NCBI GenBank assembly: GCA_963769935.1
Contig: CAVYNY010000019.1
Coordinates: forward strand, 64,001 to 128,000
Length of the DNA stretch: 64,000 nt
Direction of reading: 5' to 3'
DNA from: an uncultured delta proteobacterium
Lineage (GTDB): Bacteria > Desulfobacterota > Desulfobacteria > Desulfobacterales > JAFDCJ01
Shown here: piece after piece, positions 31,321 to 42,247 of the stretch
Position numbering within the stretch: the stretch's first letter is position 1
Layout of the letters: every line of letters starts with the position of its first letter
The notes under the pieces: model-generated
What the model saw: the letters and a program-made list of their open reading frames with translations, nothing else
What the model was told of the DNA's origin: nothing
Database searches by the model: none
Translations under genes and position numbers: made by a program

Positions 31321-32519
31321 AATTTTTTGCACCTGAATTCAAGCAGGCGCTTTTGCATGGTTTCGATACCGGTCAACTGGAACCGGGAAATGGCTGCTCG
31401 ATAGGGTTCCGGGTTTTGCAGGAGGGCGGCAACCTTTTTGCTCAAAAGTTCGGGGGTGAAGTCATCCCACGGGATGTAATCGACCAGATTTTGTCGGTTA
31501 AAGGCCCGGGCGCGAATGATCTGCTCCTTGCGTGGGTGTTTCCCGCGGGATGACCAGGCTGACGGTTCCCTGGCCGAGGATTTCACAAAGTGTATTGTAG
31601 CCTCCCATGCTGACGACGAGATCGGCGGCCGCAAAGATTTTCTCCATTTGCCGATAAAAATGGATATGTTCGCACGCCCAATTTTCTGGCCCGCTTGAAA
31701 ACATCCCGTCTTTCCTGCTTGGGCATGAAGGGGCCTGTTATCAGGACGCTTTTAAATGACGGGGAGCCGCCATAGGACTCCAGCGCCGTCAGATACGTAT
31801 CCATGACTCTGTAGCCGTCGCCGCCGCCGCCGGTAGTGACCACCACCAATTTCTGATCATTTTTCAGCCCGATTTCTTTTTTGAAATGCCGCACCGTCTC
31901 TTTGCTGGGGATTTTACGGGGAATATAGCCGGTAAAATACATTTTCCGGCTGATGGATTCCGAGATATTATATTCTGTGATCGGGATCATAAAATTCCCG
32001 GATCCCGTAGATCCAAATCTCGCTGTAAAGGTTTTCCAGGTGCTGGTAGACTCTTTTATCCTTCCAGTCTTTCTTGACCGTTTCAGCGTCGTCCATAATA
32101 TCCCGCAGGCCGAGAATGGATCGGGTGTCGGGCCGGCAGCGCCGCAGCCACTGTAAGGTCGGCAAGACCTCCCTTTTCAGGCCAAGCGGTTCTTTATCGA
32201 CAATAAAGAGGTGGGGTTGAAAGGTTTTGGCCGTGGCGGTGATTATATTTTTGCGGATGTCCAGGGCATGCTGGACGTTGATCTTGATGGAAAGCGGCAG
32301 ATACTCATCGTTGGTCTTTTTGATAATGCCCGGAATCCGGACAAAATCGATTTGCTCCGGAAAAGAAAATCGACCGACGATGGGCGAACCGGTCAGGATT
32401 AAAATATTGATGCGGGGTCCCAGCAGATGCGATGCAATCGCCATGGTCCTTCGAATGTGTCCAAGACCGTAAGTGTCGTGCGAATACATCAGAATGTTAT
32501 AGGTGGAGTTGCGCGCCAT
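31317..32519 (-). CDS. COG4671/GT28-C-like glycosyltransferase (about three frameshifts)
   Basis: YSHDTYGLGH, GLRDIMD, TTGGGGDG, SMGGYNT and EQIIRA spread over four overlapping ORFs. Confidence 0.82.
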
Positions 32520-32793
32520 TCGCCTCACAGATCAACTGGATGCCGGAATTGTAGTCTGACTAATATTGTGTTTTCGGTGAATTTTCAAAGCAAATTTTTA
32601 ACGTACACTCCTATATCACATCAAACAAATCGCATCAAACATTCCTGTAAAAATATCATCAGATTCTTTTCTTTGGGTTGCTATTTTGTTATAGAGAGGA
32701 GTCTATCTTTTTGTCCAGAGGGTATAATTAACCATATTCAACCGGAACTAAAACCGAATAAACATGTAATATACCCCTGGCAGGGAAAACAGA

Positions 32794-33993
32794 ATGAAAA
32801 TTGATACCCAACGCTTCATCGATCGGTATGTCGGCGCTTTCATCTGCAGGATTTTTTCACTGTATTACCGGTTCGTCAAAAAAGATGTCGCTGCCGCCGC
32901 GCCCCGCAAAATACTCATTATCCTGTTGTCGGAGATGGGGGCCCTGGTCCTGGCCTATCCCATGTTTCAACGATTGAAAGAGAAATATCCCCAGGCCGAG
33001 CTGCACGTGATGCTGTTTGAAAAAAACCGCGAAGTGGTTGAATTGCTGGGAATTGTTCCTTCGGAAAATATTTTGACGATCGACAATGATTCCATGCAGT
33101 CATTGACCCGGGACATGCTGAAGACGATCGCCGACATGCGGAAGATCAAACCCGACACCGTCATCGACTGTGAGCTGTTTTCAAGAATCAGCAGCATCCT
33201 GTCATATATCAGCGGCGCCGCCGTCCGAGTAGGATTTCATCCCCACACCCAGGAAGGTCTTTACCGCGGTAATTTTATGAACAGACCCGTGCTGTACAAT
33301 CCCTATCATCATATTGGCCGGCAGTTTTTAACCCTGGTCGAAGCCATCGATTCGTCGACCCGCCCGAAAGCCAAACGTGAAATACCGGATGAAAAACTGG
33401 AGGTTCCTGCCATTCAGGTCGAACCGCATGAGATTGAAAATGCCAAGCAACTTCTGTTCGATAGGGCGCCGGAAATCGAAGGAAAAAAAATCGTGCTCAT
33501 CTATCCCGGCGGTGGTCTGCTGCCGATTCGGGCCTGGCCCCTTGGCAATTATTGCCGTCTGTCTGAAGAATTGCTTTACCGGGGGTATGCGGTGGGCGTG
33601 ATCGGCCTGGCAGAGGATAAAAAGATCGCCGCGGAAATCCTGTCCCACAACCGGAATCCAAGTTGCGTGGATTTGACCGGCTACACCAAAACCATCCGGG
33701 AGCTGATGTTGATATTTCACTTTTCTTCGCTGCTGATCACCAATGACGGCGGTCCCGGCCATTTTGCCGCCATGACGCCGATTCCGGCAATTATTTTTTA
33801 TGGTCCGGAAACTCCGACCCTGTACGGTACCATTGACGATAGTGCTGTGAACCTTTTTGTGGGCCTGTCATGCTCGCCATGCGTCACCGCCTATAATCAC
33901 CGCAATTCTCCCTGCGACGGCGACAATATGTGTTTGAAAAAAATTGACCCGGACCAGGTATTATCAAGGGCGCTTGAAATATTGGAATCTTAA
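32794..33993 (+). CDS. GT9 (heptosyltransferase-like) glycosyltransferase
   Basis: LSEMGALVL, IRAWP, ITNDGGPGHFAA, YGP, CSPC..C. Confidence 0.88.
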   Translation: MKIDTQRFIDRYVGAFICRIFSLYYRFVKKDVAAAAPRKILIILLSEMGALVLAYPMFQRLKEKYPQAELHVMLFEKNREVVELLGIVPSENILTIDNDSMQSLTRDMLKTIADMRKIKPDTVIDCELFSRISSILSYISGAAVRVGFHPHTQEGLYRGNFMNRPVLYNPYHHIGRQFLTLVEAIDSSTRPKAKREIPDEKLEVPAIQVEPHEIENAKQLLFDRAPEIEGKKIVLIYPGGGLLPIRAWPLGNYCRLSEELLYRGYAVGVIGLAEDKKIAAEILSHNRNPSCVDLTGYTKTIRELMLIFHFSSLLITNDGGPGHFAAMTPIPAIIFYGPETPTLYGTIDDSAVNLFVGLSCSPCVTAYNHRNSPCDGDNMCLKKIDPDQVLSRALEILES

Positions 33994-35587
33994 TCAAACG
34001 TATAAATGCAATCCAGCACCCAAAAAATATCACCGGCAAAATATCAGAACGCTGTTCTGGATATTTTTAACCTGTATCACCGCCTTTCGTCTTTTGTTGA
34101 TTGATAAATTCGGACTGGGTGTTGATGAATCCCATTATCTGCTGTATTCCCGCCACCTGGCCTGGGGCTATTTCGATCATCCGCCCATGGTGGGCTTTCT
34201 GGCGGCGTTGACCGGTCTGCTGGGAGACAGCGTGTTCTTTGTAAGGCTGGGACCTGTCCTGTGCTCGGTCATCGGTTTGATCCTGCTGAGATACCTGGCG
34301 CTGGCCCTTTACCGGGATGAACGGGTAGCCTTCTGGGCCGTGGTTTTATTACACCTAATGCCCTACCAGCAGCTTCTGCTGGTGGGCCTGCTGCCGGATG
34401 CGGTGCTGAATATTTTCTGGTGCGCTACGCTGCTGGCCGTATGGCGTGCCATGCATACCGGCAAATGGTCGATGTGGCTCCTGGCCGGCCTTTTATTCGG
34501 CGGAGCGCTTCTCAGCAAATATCACGCGGTGTTGCTGGCTCTGTGCCTGCTGGGCTACCTCGTCACCTCACCCGGGCATCGTTTCTGGCTCAAAAAGATT
34601 CAACCCTATGCCGCGGCCGTTATCGGCCTGGCGGTCTTTGGGCCGAATATAATCTGGAATGCCCGTCATGGCTGGATTTCCTATGCCTATCAATTAGGGC
34701 ATGGTGCCGGTGACGGGGTTGATCCCGTTAAATTTTTACTTGGCCTTGCCGGGCAGGCCGGTGCCTGGTCACCGGTCATCTTCGGGCTGCTGATCGCTGT
34801 GTTTATTGTGCTTGTCCGTCAAAAAAAAATCAGCGATGCCGACCGCTTCGCAGTCTGGACCAGCATCCCGATTTTTGTTTTTTTCGGCCTGGCCGGTCTG
34901 ACCACCACCATTCTGCCGCACTGGACATCGGCGGGGTGGTGGACCGGCTCGATTGCGGTGGCCGCCGTGATTTCGCAAAAAATATCACTGGCGAACCTTT
35001 CCGCCCGCCGCTGGCGGCGCTGGTCGGTGGCAGCCGCACTGACAGGATTCATCATGACCACCTGCCTATACCTGGCGCTGTTTCTGCCCATAACCGCTCC
35101 GGTCTATACATGGGCCCGCGATGTTTCATTGAACCTGCATCGCATGCTCCCGGCGCTAAAGCCTCTGAAGCCCTATGAAACCGGCTTTGACCCCGGTAAT
35201 CAACTCTACGGCTGGCGGGACATTGCCAGCCAGGTGGAAAACATCCGGGCGCGGATGCCGCACCCGGAGACCACCTTTGTTTTCTGCCATCGTTTTTACA
35301 CAACCAGCCAGCTGGCCGTCTATCTTCATCCGGATACCGCCGCCACCGCCCTTTTCCACCGGTACAGCCAGTATCGCCTCTGGTTTGTTGCTGAAGCATA
35401 TTCCGGCTGGGACGCCCTGTTCGTGGTGGACCGCAAGCGGCATCAGGAGCGCGCCCGGCGCTATATGCCCCTGTTCGAGAGGATGGACCCGCAGCCGGAG
35501 GAAATTGAAGTTTATCGCAACGGTCGACCGGCGCATGTGCTGGAGGTTTACAAATACTATGGATTTAAGGGTAAGTATGAAGAGTAA
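33944..35587 (+). CDS. ArnT/PMT-like (GT39/GT83) GT-C glycosyltransferase
   Basis: GVDESHY, WGYFDHPP, LPD, LLSKY, PNIIWN. Start uncertain. Confidence 0.85.
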   Translation: MTRTRYYQGRLKYWNLNQTYKCNPAPKKYHRQNIRTLFWIFLTCITAFRLLLIDKFGLGVDESHYLLYSRHLAWGYFDHPPMVGFLAALTGLLGDSVFFVRLGPVLCSVIGLILLRYLALALYRDERVAFWAVVLLHLMPYQQLLLVGLLPDAVLNIFWCATLLAVWRAMHTGKWSMWLLAGLLFGGALLSKYHAVLLALCLLGYLVTSPGHRFWLKKIQPYAAAVIGLAVFGPNIIWNARHGWISYAYQLGHGAGDGVDPVKFLLGLAGQAGAWSPVIFGLLIAVFIVLVRQKKISDADRFAVWTSIPIFVFFGLAGLTTTILPHWTSAGWWTGSIAVAAVISQKISLANLSARRWRRWSVAAALTGFIMTTCLYLALFLPITAPVYTWARDVSLNLHRMLPALKPLKPYETGFDPGNQLYGWRDIASQVENIRARMPHPETTFVFCHRFYTTSQLAVYLHPDTAATALFHRYSQYRLWFVAEAYSGWDALFVVDRKRHQERARRYMPLFERMDPQPEEIEVYRNGRPAHVLEVYKYYGFKGKYEE

Positions 35588-35643
35588 GAGCAACACAGAA
35601 TGAACATCGAATCACGCCAAGGCGTGAATCGATGTTCATCTTT

Positions 35644-37477
35644 TCAGTTTTGCTTCCCCCCTGCCTCTATCATCATCCTGGCCTTTTCGATGCTTTTCCC
35701 GGCCTGCGTATTTCGTGGATCGAGTTGCAGGACTCGTTGCCACTCCGCAATGGCTTGATTCAGTTTTCCCGCCATCGCGTATGCCATCCCGAGGTTATAA
35801 TGGGCCATTGGGATTTCGGGATCTAATTCATTGACTTGGACATAGTGAAGAATCGCCTGGTCCCATCGACCCTGCTTGAGGTAGATAGTGGCAAGGTTGT
35901 AATGGGCTCGTAAGGATTTCGGATCAAGCGTGACGGATCGGTTAAAATATTCCAGGGCTTTTTCCTGATCTCCCTTCTGATAGTAAACGAGGCCCAGGTT
36001 GTAATAACTTTTAGCGTCGCCGGGATAAAGCTTGATCGAAATTTTAAATTGCGCCGCCGCGTCATCCAGCATTCCGCGTTCCAGATAAGCCATGCCCAGG
36101 CCGCCACGCGCCGTGAGACTATTCGGCGAGCTTTTAACTGTTTGCGACCACAACACTAGATTGTTCTTCCAATCCGGATTGCGTGCGATGGTGCCGGCCG
36201 AATAAAGGCCGACCAGGACCACTATCGGTATCAAAGTTGCCGCATTCACCGTAGATGGATTTGTAAATCGCCTCTTTGCCGCCGCATGAATCACTGCCGG
36301 CACCACCAGGCAAAACCCGATTATCGGCAGGTAAAGGTAGCGCTCGGCCAGCGGATGATAGATTTCGATCAAATTATAAACCGGGAAAAGGGTAATCAAA
36401 AACCACCAGATGCCGAAAAAGATCTCTTTCGAATATCGATAAATCAAAGAGGCGCTGCCGACCAGAGCGATGAGGACCCCCATGCCGATTAAGTTTTTAA
36501 CATCAAAAAAGCTGTTCGGATAGGAAAACACATAATCCGCGTTTAAATTGACGGGAAAGAGTGTCAGCCGGATGAAGCTTAAGATCAGGCCGGGCAGGTA
36601 AATAATCCTTTCAAACAGACTGCCGGCAGACGCTTTAAGCGATTCCTGGGGGCTATATAAAATGAAAAACCGTAAGCAAAGATAAACCAGGCCGACGGCC
36701 ATAAATCCGGCATAAAAATATATCCTTTTCCTCAAAACGGCCAACCGCTGTTTGAAATTCGGCGCACCCCGGCCGGCATCGCTCAGCACCAGGTCATACA
36801 GCAAAATTATGGCCGGCAGCGTAATGGCCATCTCCTTGGACAGCAATCCGAAAAAGTAAAACAGCAGCGCCGGCAAATAATATCGGATACTGGACAATAC
36901 GAGGTCGGTTTTAATTCGAATATAAGATAGCAGGGCGAGCAGGAAAAAAAATGTCGCCAGGAGGTCTTCATTAAAACTAATACAATTTACGGCTTCGGAG
37001 AGCGCCGGATGACAGGCAAACAGCAGTCCTGCCGCCAAGGCTCTCAGGCGGTGCTGCAGGACTGAATGCGCCAGCCGGTATACCAGAATGAGCATTCAGC
37101 GTATGCAGGATCAGGCCTGCCAGGTGATAGTAAAACGGATTCAGCCTCGCGAAAGTATAGATTAAAAAGTAGGATAACGTCGCTACCGGCCGGTAGCTCG
37201 CCTCGAGTCCGGCGATTTGAAAATATGAATGGTTAAAAATAGACGTTAAAAATCTGCCCGGTTGATTGAGGTACTTGTTCTCAACGATCACGCCAAAATC
37301 GTCATATACAAATCCATTGGACAAAGAATTATAATAAACAATAAGACAAAGAAGCACCAGCAACGCAATCGGGAGCAGTGGATGGGTTGCCAACTTGGCA
37401 GCCTCCCGGCCGAAACCTGATTCCTGATGAGAACTGGTTGACTGCTTTGATTTTTTCCGATGTTTGCCGGATTTCAA
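35644..37477 (-). CDS. TMTC-like GT-C + TPR protein (frameshift near 37095)
   Basis: FVYDD, SYRP, HPALSEAV, SKE, AERYLY, TPRs. Confidence 0.85.
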
Positions 37478-37491
37478 TTACACCTCAATTT

Positions 37492-38244
37492 TCACGTTAA
37501 AAATTGATGCCACTTCAGATGATCTGTCTGATGATTCAACCGGGAGATAAAAAGCCAGGCGCCCAGGATACCGATCAGCATCCCGGCCGCAACATCTGAT
37601 GGATAATGCGAGCCGATAAACACGCGGGATACGGCAATCACAAAGGCATAGATCAGCGGTAAAAAGCGGCAGGCGGAATATTTAGAATTTTTGAGCAGAT
37701 AATACAGGAATACCCCGGAGACAAACGCATCGGCCGCGTGACCCGAAGGAAACGAGTTGTAGCGGAAGGCAAACGAAAAGAAGGTAAATTCAGCGCCGTG
37801 CCCGGGACGGGCGCGGCCCAGCACAATCTTTAAGATCCTTACCAGTACGAAGGCAAAAACAAGCTGAGCTTTGATATAAGCCAGGCAGGTGCCTAAAAGG
37901 CCTTGTTTTTTTTTAATTATGGAGTAGACAAACAGCGCAATAAACACTGCATAAAACAAAAACAAACCTTTCGTCGTAATCAGGTCGGTAATGTAATAAG
38001 TATTCTGATTCAACAAGTCCCGTGCGGCATGCCAGATCCGGGTATCGAAGAAAAACAGAACCAGAATTGCTGACAGAGAAACAAGCAAAAAGATCAGTAA
38101 ATATTTTTTGGGTATATTCTTCAATCTATCCTCGCCCGGCGGGTTTTCGTATTTCTTATTTTTTAAAGCCCCCCGGTTTCTGACCGGATCGGTGAAACAT
38201 CTCCGGGTTCTCCACCGGAAAAGGTACAACTTTGAATGGACCAT
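37492..38244 (-). CDS. PAP2 family lipid phosphatase
   Basis: KIVLGRARP, SFPSGH, SRVFIGSHYPSDV. True start probably downstream of 38244. Confidence 0.9.
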   Translation of the reverse strand: MVHSKLYLFRWRTRRCFTDPVRNRGALKNKKYENPPGEDRLKNIPKKYLLIFLLVSLSAILVLFFFDTRIWHAARDLLNQNTYYITDLITTKGLFLFYAVFIALFVYSIIKKKQGLLGTCLAYIKAQLVFAFVLVRILKIVLGRARPGHGAEFTFFSFAFRYNSFPSGHAADAFVSGVFLYYLLKNSKYSACRFLPLIYAFVIAVSRVFIGSHYPSDVAAGMLIGILGAWLFISRLNHQTDHLKWHQFLT

Positions 38245-38257
38245 TGTTCAGGGCGAT

Positions 38258-40057
38258 TTAATTCAATTTCTCAAGTTGCGCCTTTGCTTTTGAGATGTTA
38301 TCCTGAGCGCTTTTATTGGCAGGATCAATTTTTAGAACCTTTTGCCATTCTGATACCGCTTGCTGCAGTTTGCCCTCAATGGCATAAGCAACCCCCAGGT
38401 CGTTGTGAGCTTCATAGTCTTCAGGCATTAATTCAATCACTTTTTTGTATTGACGAATGGCGTCCGCGATCAATCCCTGTTTATGATACAGAATTGCAAG
38501 ATTATATTGCGCGTCGGCAAATTCCGGATTAATTGCGATCGACCTCTTATAGTTATCAATCGCGTTCTGAAAATCGCCTTTTTGATCATACAGCGCTCCC
38601 AGAATGTAATACGCCCTGAAGTGATTTGGCAATATTCTCACGGCCTTTTGAAATTCAACGATGGCTTTATCCAGCTGACCCTTTTTATGGTAAGCATGCC
38701 CCAGACCGCCATGGGCATTAGCGCTGTTCGGCGACTGCACCACCGTTTTTGACCACAGGCTGAAATCGTCTTTAAAATCCTTGTTGCGCCTGATGGCAAT
38801 TGTCGAGTAGGCGGCTGAGACGGCAATGATGACCAGCAGCGTAGCCATCCTGACAAAAAGCGTTCGGTTCAGTATATAGTTGAAAATGCGATAAAGAATG
38901 ATCGGCAGGATCAGACAAAAACCGATAATCGGAATATAGAGGTAGCGCTCGGCAAGGGGATAGGGAATTTCAATTATATTGTAGACCGGAAAAAGTGCGA
39001 TCAAAAACCACCAGATGCCAAAAAATATTTCTTTGGAACGTTTATAGATAAAAAAACTTAAAACGACCAGTCCTGAAATGATAAAAAAACCGATTAAATT
39101 TGAAATTTCAAAAAACCCATGTGGATATGAATACACGTAATCGACGTTTAAATCATATGGTGCAATTGCCAGTTTGAAAAAACTGAAAATGTGATACGGC
39201 AGATAGCGCAGTCTTTCAAGCAGACTGCCAAAGTGGTGCTGATTCCCGTCTGCCGGATTGACGAAGATTGCAAAACGCAGCAGCAGATACAACCCGGCGA
39301 CCAGCGCATAGCCTGTATAAAAAGACCATCTGATTTTAATGGTGGTCAAAATATGCTTTACCGACAGCCCCCGTTCCGCAGCCTCTTTGAAAGCCAGATC
39401 ATAGAGTAAAATTAGGGCCGGCAAAGAGATGGCCATTTCTTTTGACAGCAGGCCGCAAAAGAAAAAAAACAGGGATAACAGATGGGCGAAACCGGCGGGT
39501 CTTTTATCCACTGCCTTGACGTAAAGGATAAACGCCAAAAGGATGAAAAAAGCTGCTAAAAGATCCTCGTTGAAGGCGATGCAATCAACGGCCTCGGTCA
39601 AAACCGGATGGCAGGCAAATAAGAGGGCGGCCAGCAAGGCTCTGAACCGGTCCTTCAGCAGCAAGGAAATCAAAAAGTAGACGAGTATGACATTCAGCGT
39701 GTGCAGGACAACACTGGCGAGGTGATAATAAAAGGGGTTCAGCCCCGCAAATGAATGGATTAAAAAATAAGAAAGCGTCGCAATCGGCCGGTAGCTGGCT
39801 TCACCCCCGGCTATTTTAAAATACGAATCATTGAAAAAAGACGGCAGGCTATTTCTGAAATCATTGATGTGCTTGTTTTCAACTATGACTCCATAATCAT
39901 CAAAGACAAATCCGTTCGACAGCGAGTTATAGTAAATTGCCGCACTGATGATTGCAAGTATTGCCGCGCACAGCAGATTGCCGGCGACAACCCTGGATGC
40001 GAATCCATGCGGTTGGCGGGCGTTGCCGTTTGGGAAAAATTTTTGTTTTGAATTCAT
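38258..40057 (-). CDS. TMTC-like GT-C + TPR protein
   Basis: FVFDD, SYRP, HPVLTEAV, SKE, AERYLY, TPRs; close paralogue of 35644-37477. Confidence 0.9.
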   Translation of the reverse strand: MNSKQKFFPNGNARQPHGFASRVVAGNLLCAAILAIISAAIYYNSLSNGFVFDDYGVIVENKHINDFRNSLPSFFNDSYFKIAGGEASYRPIATLSYFLIHSFAGLNPFYYHLASVVLHTLNVILVYFLISLLLKDRFRALLAALLFACHPVLTEAVDCIAFNEDLLAAFFILLAFILYVKAVDKRPAGFAHLLSLFFFFCGLLSKEMAISLPALILLYDLAFKEAAERGLSVKHILTTIKIRWSFYTGYALVAGLYLLLRFAIFVNPADGNQHHFGSLLERLRYLPYHIFSFFKLAIAPYDLNVDYVYSYPHGFFEISNLIGFFIISGLVVLSFFIYKRSKEIFFGIWWFLIALFPVYNIIEIPYPLAERYLYIPIIGFCLILPIILYRIFNYILNRTLFVRMATLLVIIAVSAAYSTIAIRRNKDFKDDFSLWSKTVVQSPNSANAHGGLGHAYHKKGQLDKAIVEFQKAVRILPNHFRAYYILGALYDQKGDFQNAIDNYKRSIAINPEFADAQYNLAILYHKQGLIADAIRQYKKVIELMPEDYEAHNDLGVAYAIEGKLQQAVSEWQKVLKIDPANKSAQDNISKAKAQLEKLN

Positions 40058-40362
40058 TAATATTTGAAAAATATGCCGTATTTGGAATCAACGACCACCT
40101 GAAACGCCGCTGGCTTGAATTTCCAGCCATCGGCCGATAAGGCGGACGGACGCCGGCACTGATATCATTAGACCTGCAATCGGCTGCGGAGCGCCCGGTT
40201 TTTAAGGCAAAACTCACTGACAATCCTTATATCAAGCTGGCCGCCGGCTGGATTGCCGAGAGCTTGACACGAAATGAAATACTCTTGACTAATTAGCAAA
40301 ATTCTTACATTATTTCCAATAAATTTCAAGAAACTGATTACTTAACAGCGCAAGGGCTACCC

Positions 40363-41790
40363 ATGGAATTCGAACCAGTTATCGGGCTTGAGGTGCATGC
40401 CCAGCTAAAAACAAAAACGAAAATTTTCTGCGCGTGTTCAACCGCCTTCGGAGCGCCGCCCAACACCCATACCTGCCCGGTTTGTCTTGGTATGCCGGGT
40501 GTGCTGCCGGTGCTAAACAAAAAAGTGGTGGATTACGCCCTGCGCATGGCCCTGGCCACCGGCTGCGAGATTTCCGGTGAAAGCCGTTTTGCCCGCAAAA
40601 ACTATTTTTATCCGGACCTGCCGAAAGGATACCAGATTTCGCAGTATGAACTGCCCATTGCCCAGCATGGATATGCCGATATCGAGGTGAACGGCAGCCT
40701 GCGGCGGATTGGAATCACACGCATTCACATGGAGGAAGATGCCGGTAAACTGGGCCATGATCCGGATCGGCCTGTCAGTATGGTGGATTTTAACCGCACC
40801 GGGGTCCCGTTGATTGAAATCGTAAGCGAGCCGGAAATCCGCTCGCCGGAAGAAGCCGGTGCCTATCTCAGACAGCTGCGGTCCATCGTACGTTATCTTG
40901 GAATCTGTGACGGCAACCTGGAAGAGGGAAGCTTCAGATGCGACGCCAATGTGTCGATTCGACCCAAGGGTACGGAAAAACTGGGCACCCGCACCGAACT
41001 TAAAAACCTGAATTCCTTCAAGCACGTGGAAAAAGCACTGCAATATGAAATCAGCCGCCAGAGGGAAGTTTTGATAGACGGCGGTCAAATTGTGCAGGAG
41101 ACCCGGCTCTGGGATCCCGACAAAAATAAAACAACTTCCATGCGCGGCAAAGAAGAGGCCCACGATTATCGCTATTTTCCGGACCCGGATCTGCTGCCCC
41201 TGGTAATCGATGACGAATGGATCCAACGCATCCGAAGCAGCCTGCCGGAGCTTCCTGATCAAAAAAGGAGCCGTTTCATTGCTCAATATGGCCTTCCCGC
41301 TTATGATGCCGACCTGCTGACCTCCGACCGGGAACTCGCAGAATATTTCGAGGACGGCGTGCGCAAATTCGCCCAACCCAAAACGGTCAGCAACTGGATA
41401 ATGGGTTCATTGCTGGGAACATTAAATGCCATGGATAAAACCATCGACGAATCACCGGTTTCCCCCGCCAATCTGGCCGCTCTGCTGAAATTGATCGATA
41501 CGGGTATCATCAGCGGCAAGATTGCCAAGACTGTTTTTGACGAGATGGCTCAAACGGGCAAAGCGGCCGAACAAATTGTTGCAGAAAAAGGTCTGGTTCA
41601 AATTACCGATACGGATGCCATCGACGACGTGATATCAAAAGTTATCGCCGGCAATCCCAAAGAAGTTGAAGCCTATCGACTCGGCAAGACCAAATTAATC
41701 GGATTTTTCGTCGGACAGGTCATGCAAGCAACCAAAGGCAGGGCCAATCCGAAATTGGTTAATGAGATATTGAAAAAAAAGCTGGGATAA
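40363..41790 (+). CDS. gatB: Asp/Glu-tRNA amidotransferase subunit B
   Basis: [43 protein letters not shown]. Confidence 0.98.
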   Translation: MEFEPVIGLEVHAQLKTKTKIFCACSTAFGAPPNTHTCPVCLGMPGVLPVLNKKVVDYALRMALATGCEISGESRFARKNYFYPDLPKGYQISQYELPIAQHGYADIEVNGSLRRIGITRIHMEEDAGKLGHDPDRPVSMVDFNRTGVPLIEIVSEPEIRSPEEAGAYLRQLRSIVRYLGICDGNLEEGSFRCDANVSIRPKGTEKLGTRTELKNLNSFKHVEKALQYEISRQREVLIDGGQIVQETRLWDPDKNKTTSMRGKEEAHDYRYFPDPDLLPLVIDDEWIQRIRSSLPELPDQKRSRFIAQYGLPAYDADLLTSDRELAEYFEDGVRKFAQPKTVSNWIMGSLLGTLNAMDKTIDESPVSPANLAALLKLIDTGIISGKIAKTVFDEMAQTGKAAEQIVAEKGLVQITDTDAIDDVISKVIAGNPKEVEAYRLGKTKLIGFFVGQVMQATKGRANPKLVNEILKKKLG

Positions 41791-41925
41791 AGGATGTTTA
41801 CGGTCCGTGGTGCTTTGTGAGTTGTTTGTTGCCATTGGTACGTTGTTTATAGCTGTGACAGAGTCTTTAGAATTTCTTAATCCGTAGAATTGTGCTAACT
41901 CCACATTCTGGACAAAACAGCCGGA

Positions 41926-42076
41926 GTAGGTTGGGTTGAGGTACGAAACCCAACATCACTTGAGTAATTTGTCCCAAACAGTATGAAAGGGCTTTCATTC
42001 AGACGCTTTTTAAATTGTAGATTGGTTTTGGAGACCGGTTCTCATTTGTTGGGTTTCGTACCTCAACCCAACCTAC
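41926..42076. repeat. REPIN-like element with perfect 30-bp inverted repeats
   Basis: gtaggttgggttgaggtacgaaacccaaca (41926-41955) / tgttgggtttcgtacctcaacccaacctac (42047-42076); GTAG head. Confidence 0.9.
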
Positions 42077-42247
42077 AATATTAAAGCCTGAATTAAGTGC
42101 ATTTATTTGCACAATCAGCAAAAATCCAATCAGGGAAGAAATGAATGAAATTAATGATTAACAAATTAAATAAAAAAAATTGCCACAGATTTTCAGCAAC
42201 GGACATCGGACAACAGACGACGGACAAAAAAACTGAAGGGTGCCAAT

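Noticed and set aside
40513..41376. 287-aa minus-strand ORF and similar long antisense ORFs (e.g. 13632-14453, 42595-43212)
   Set aside because: Shadow ORFs opposite well-supported genes, with no recognisable motifs.
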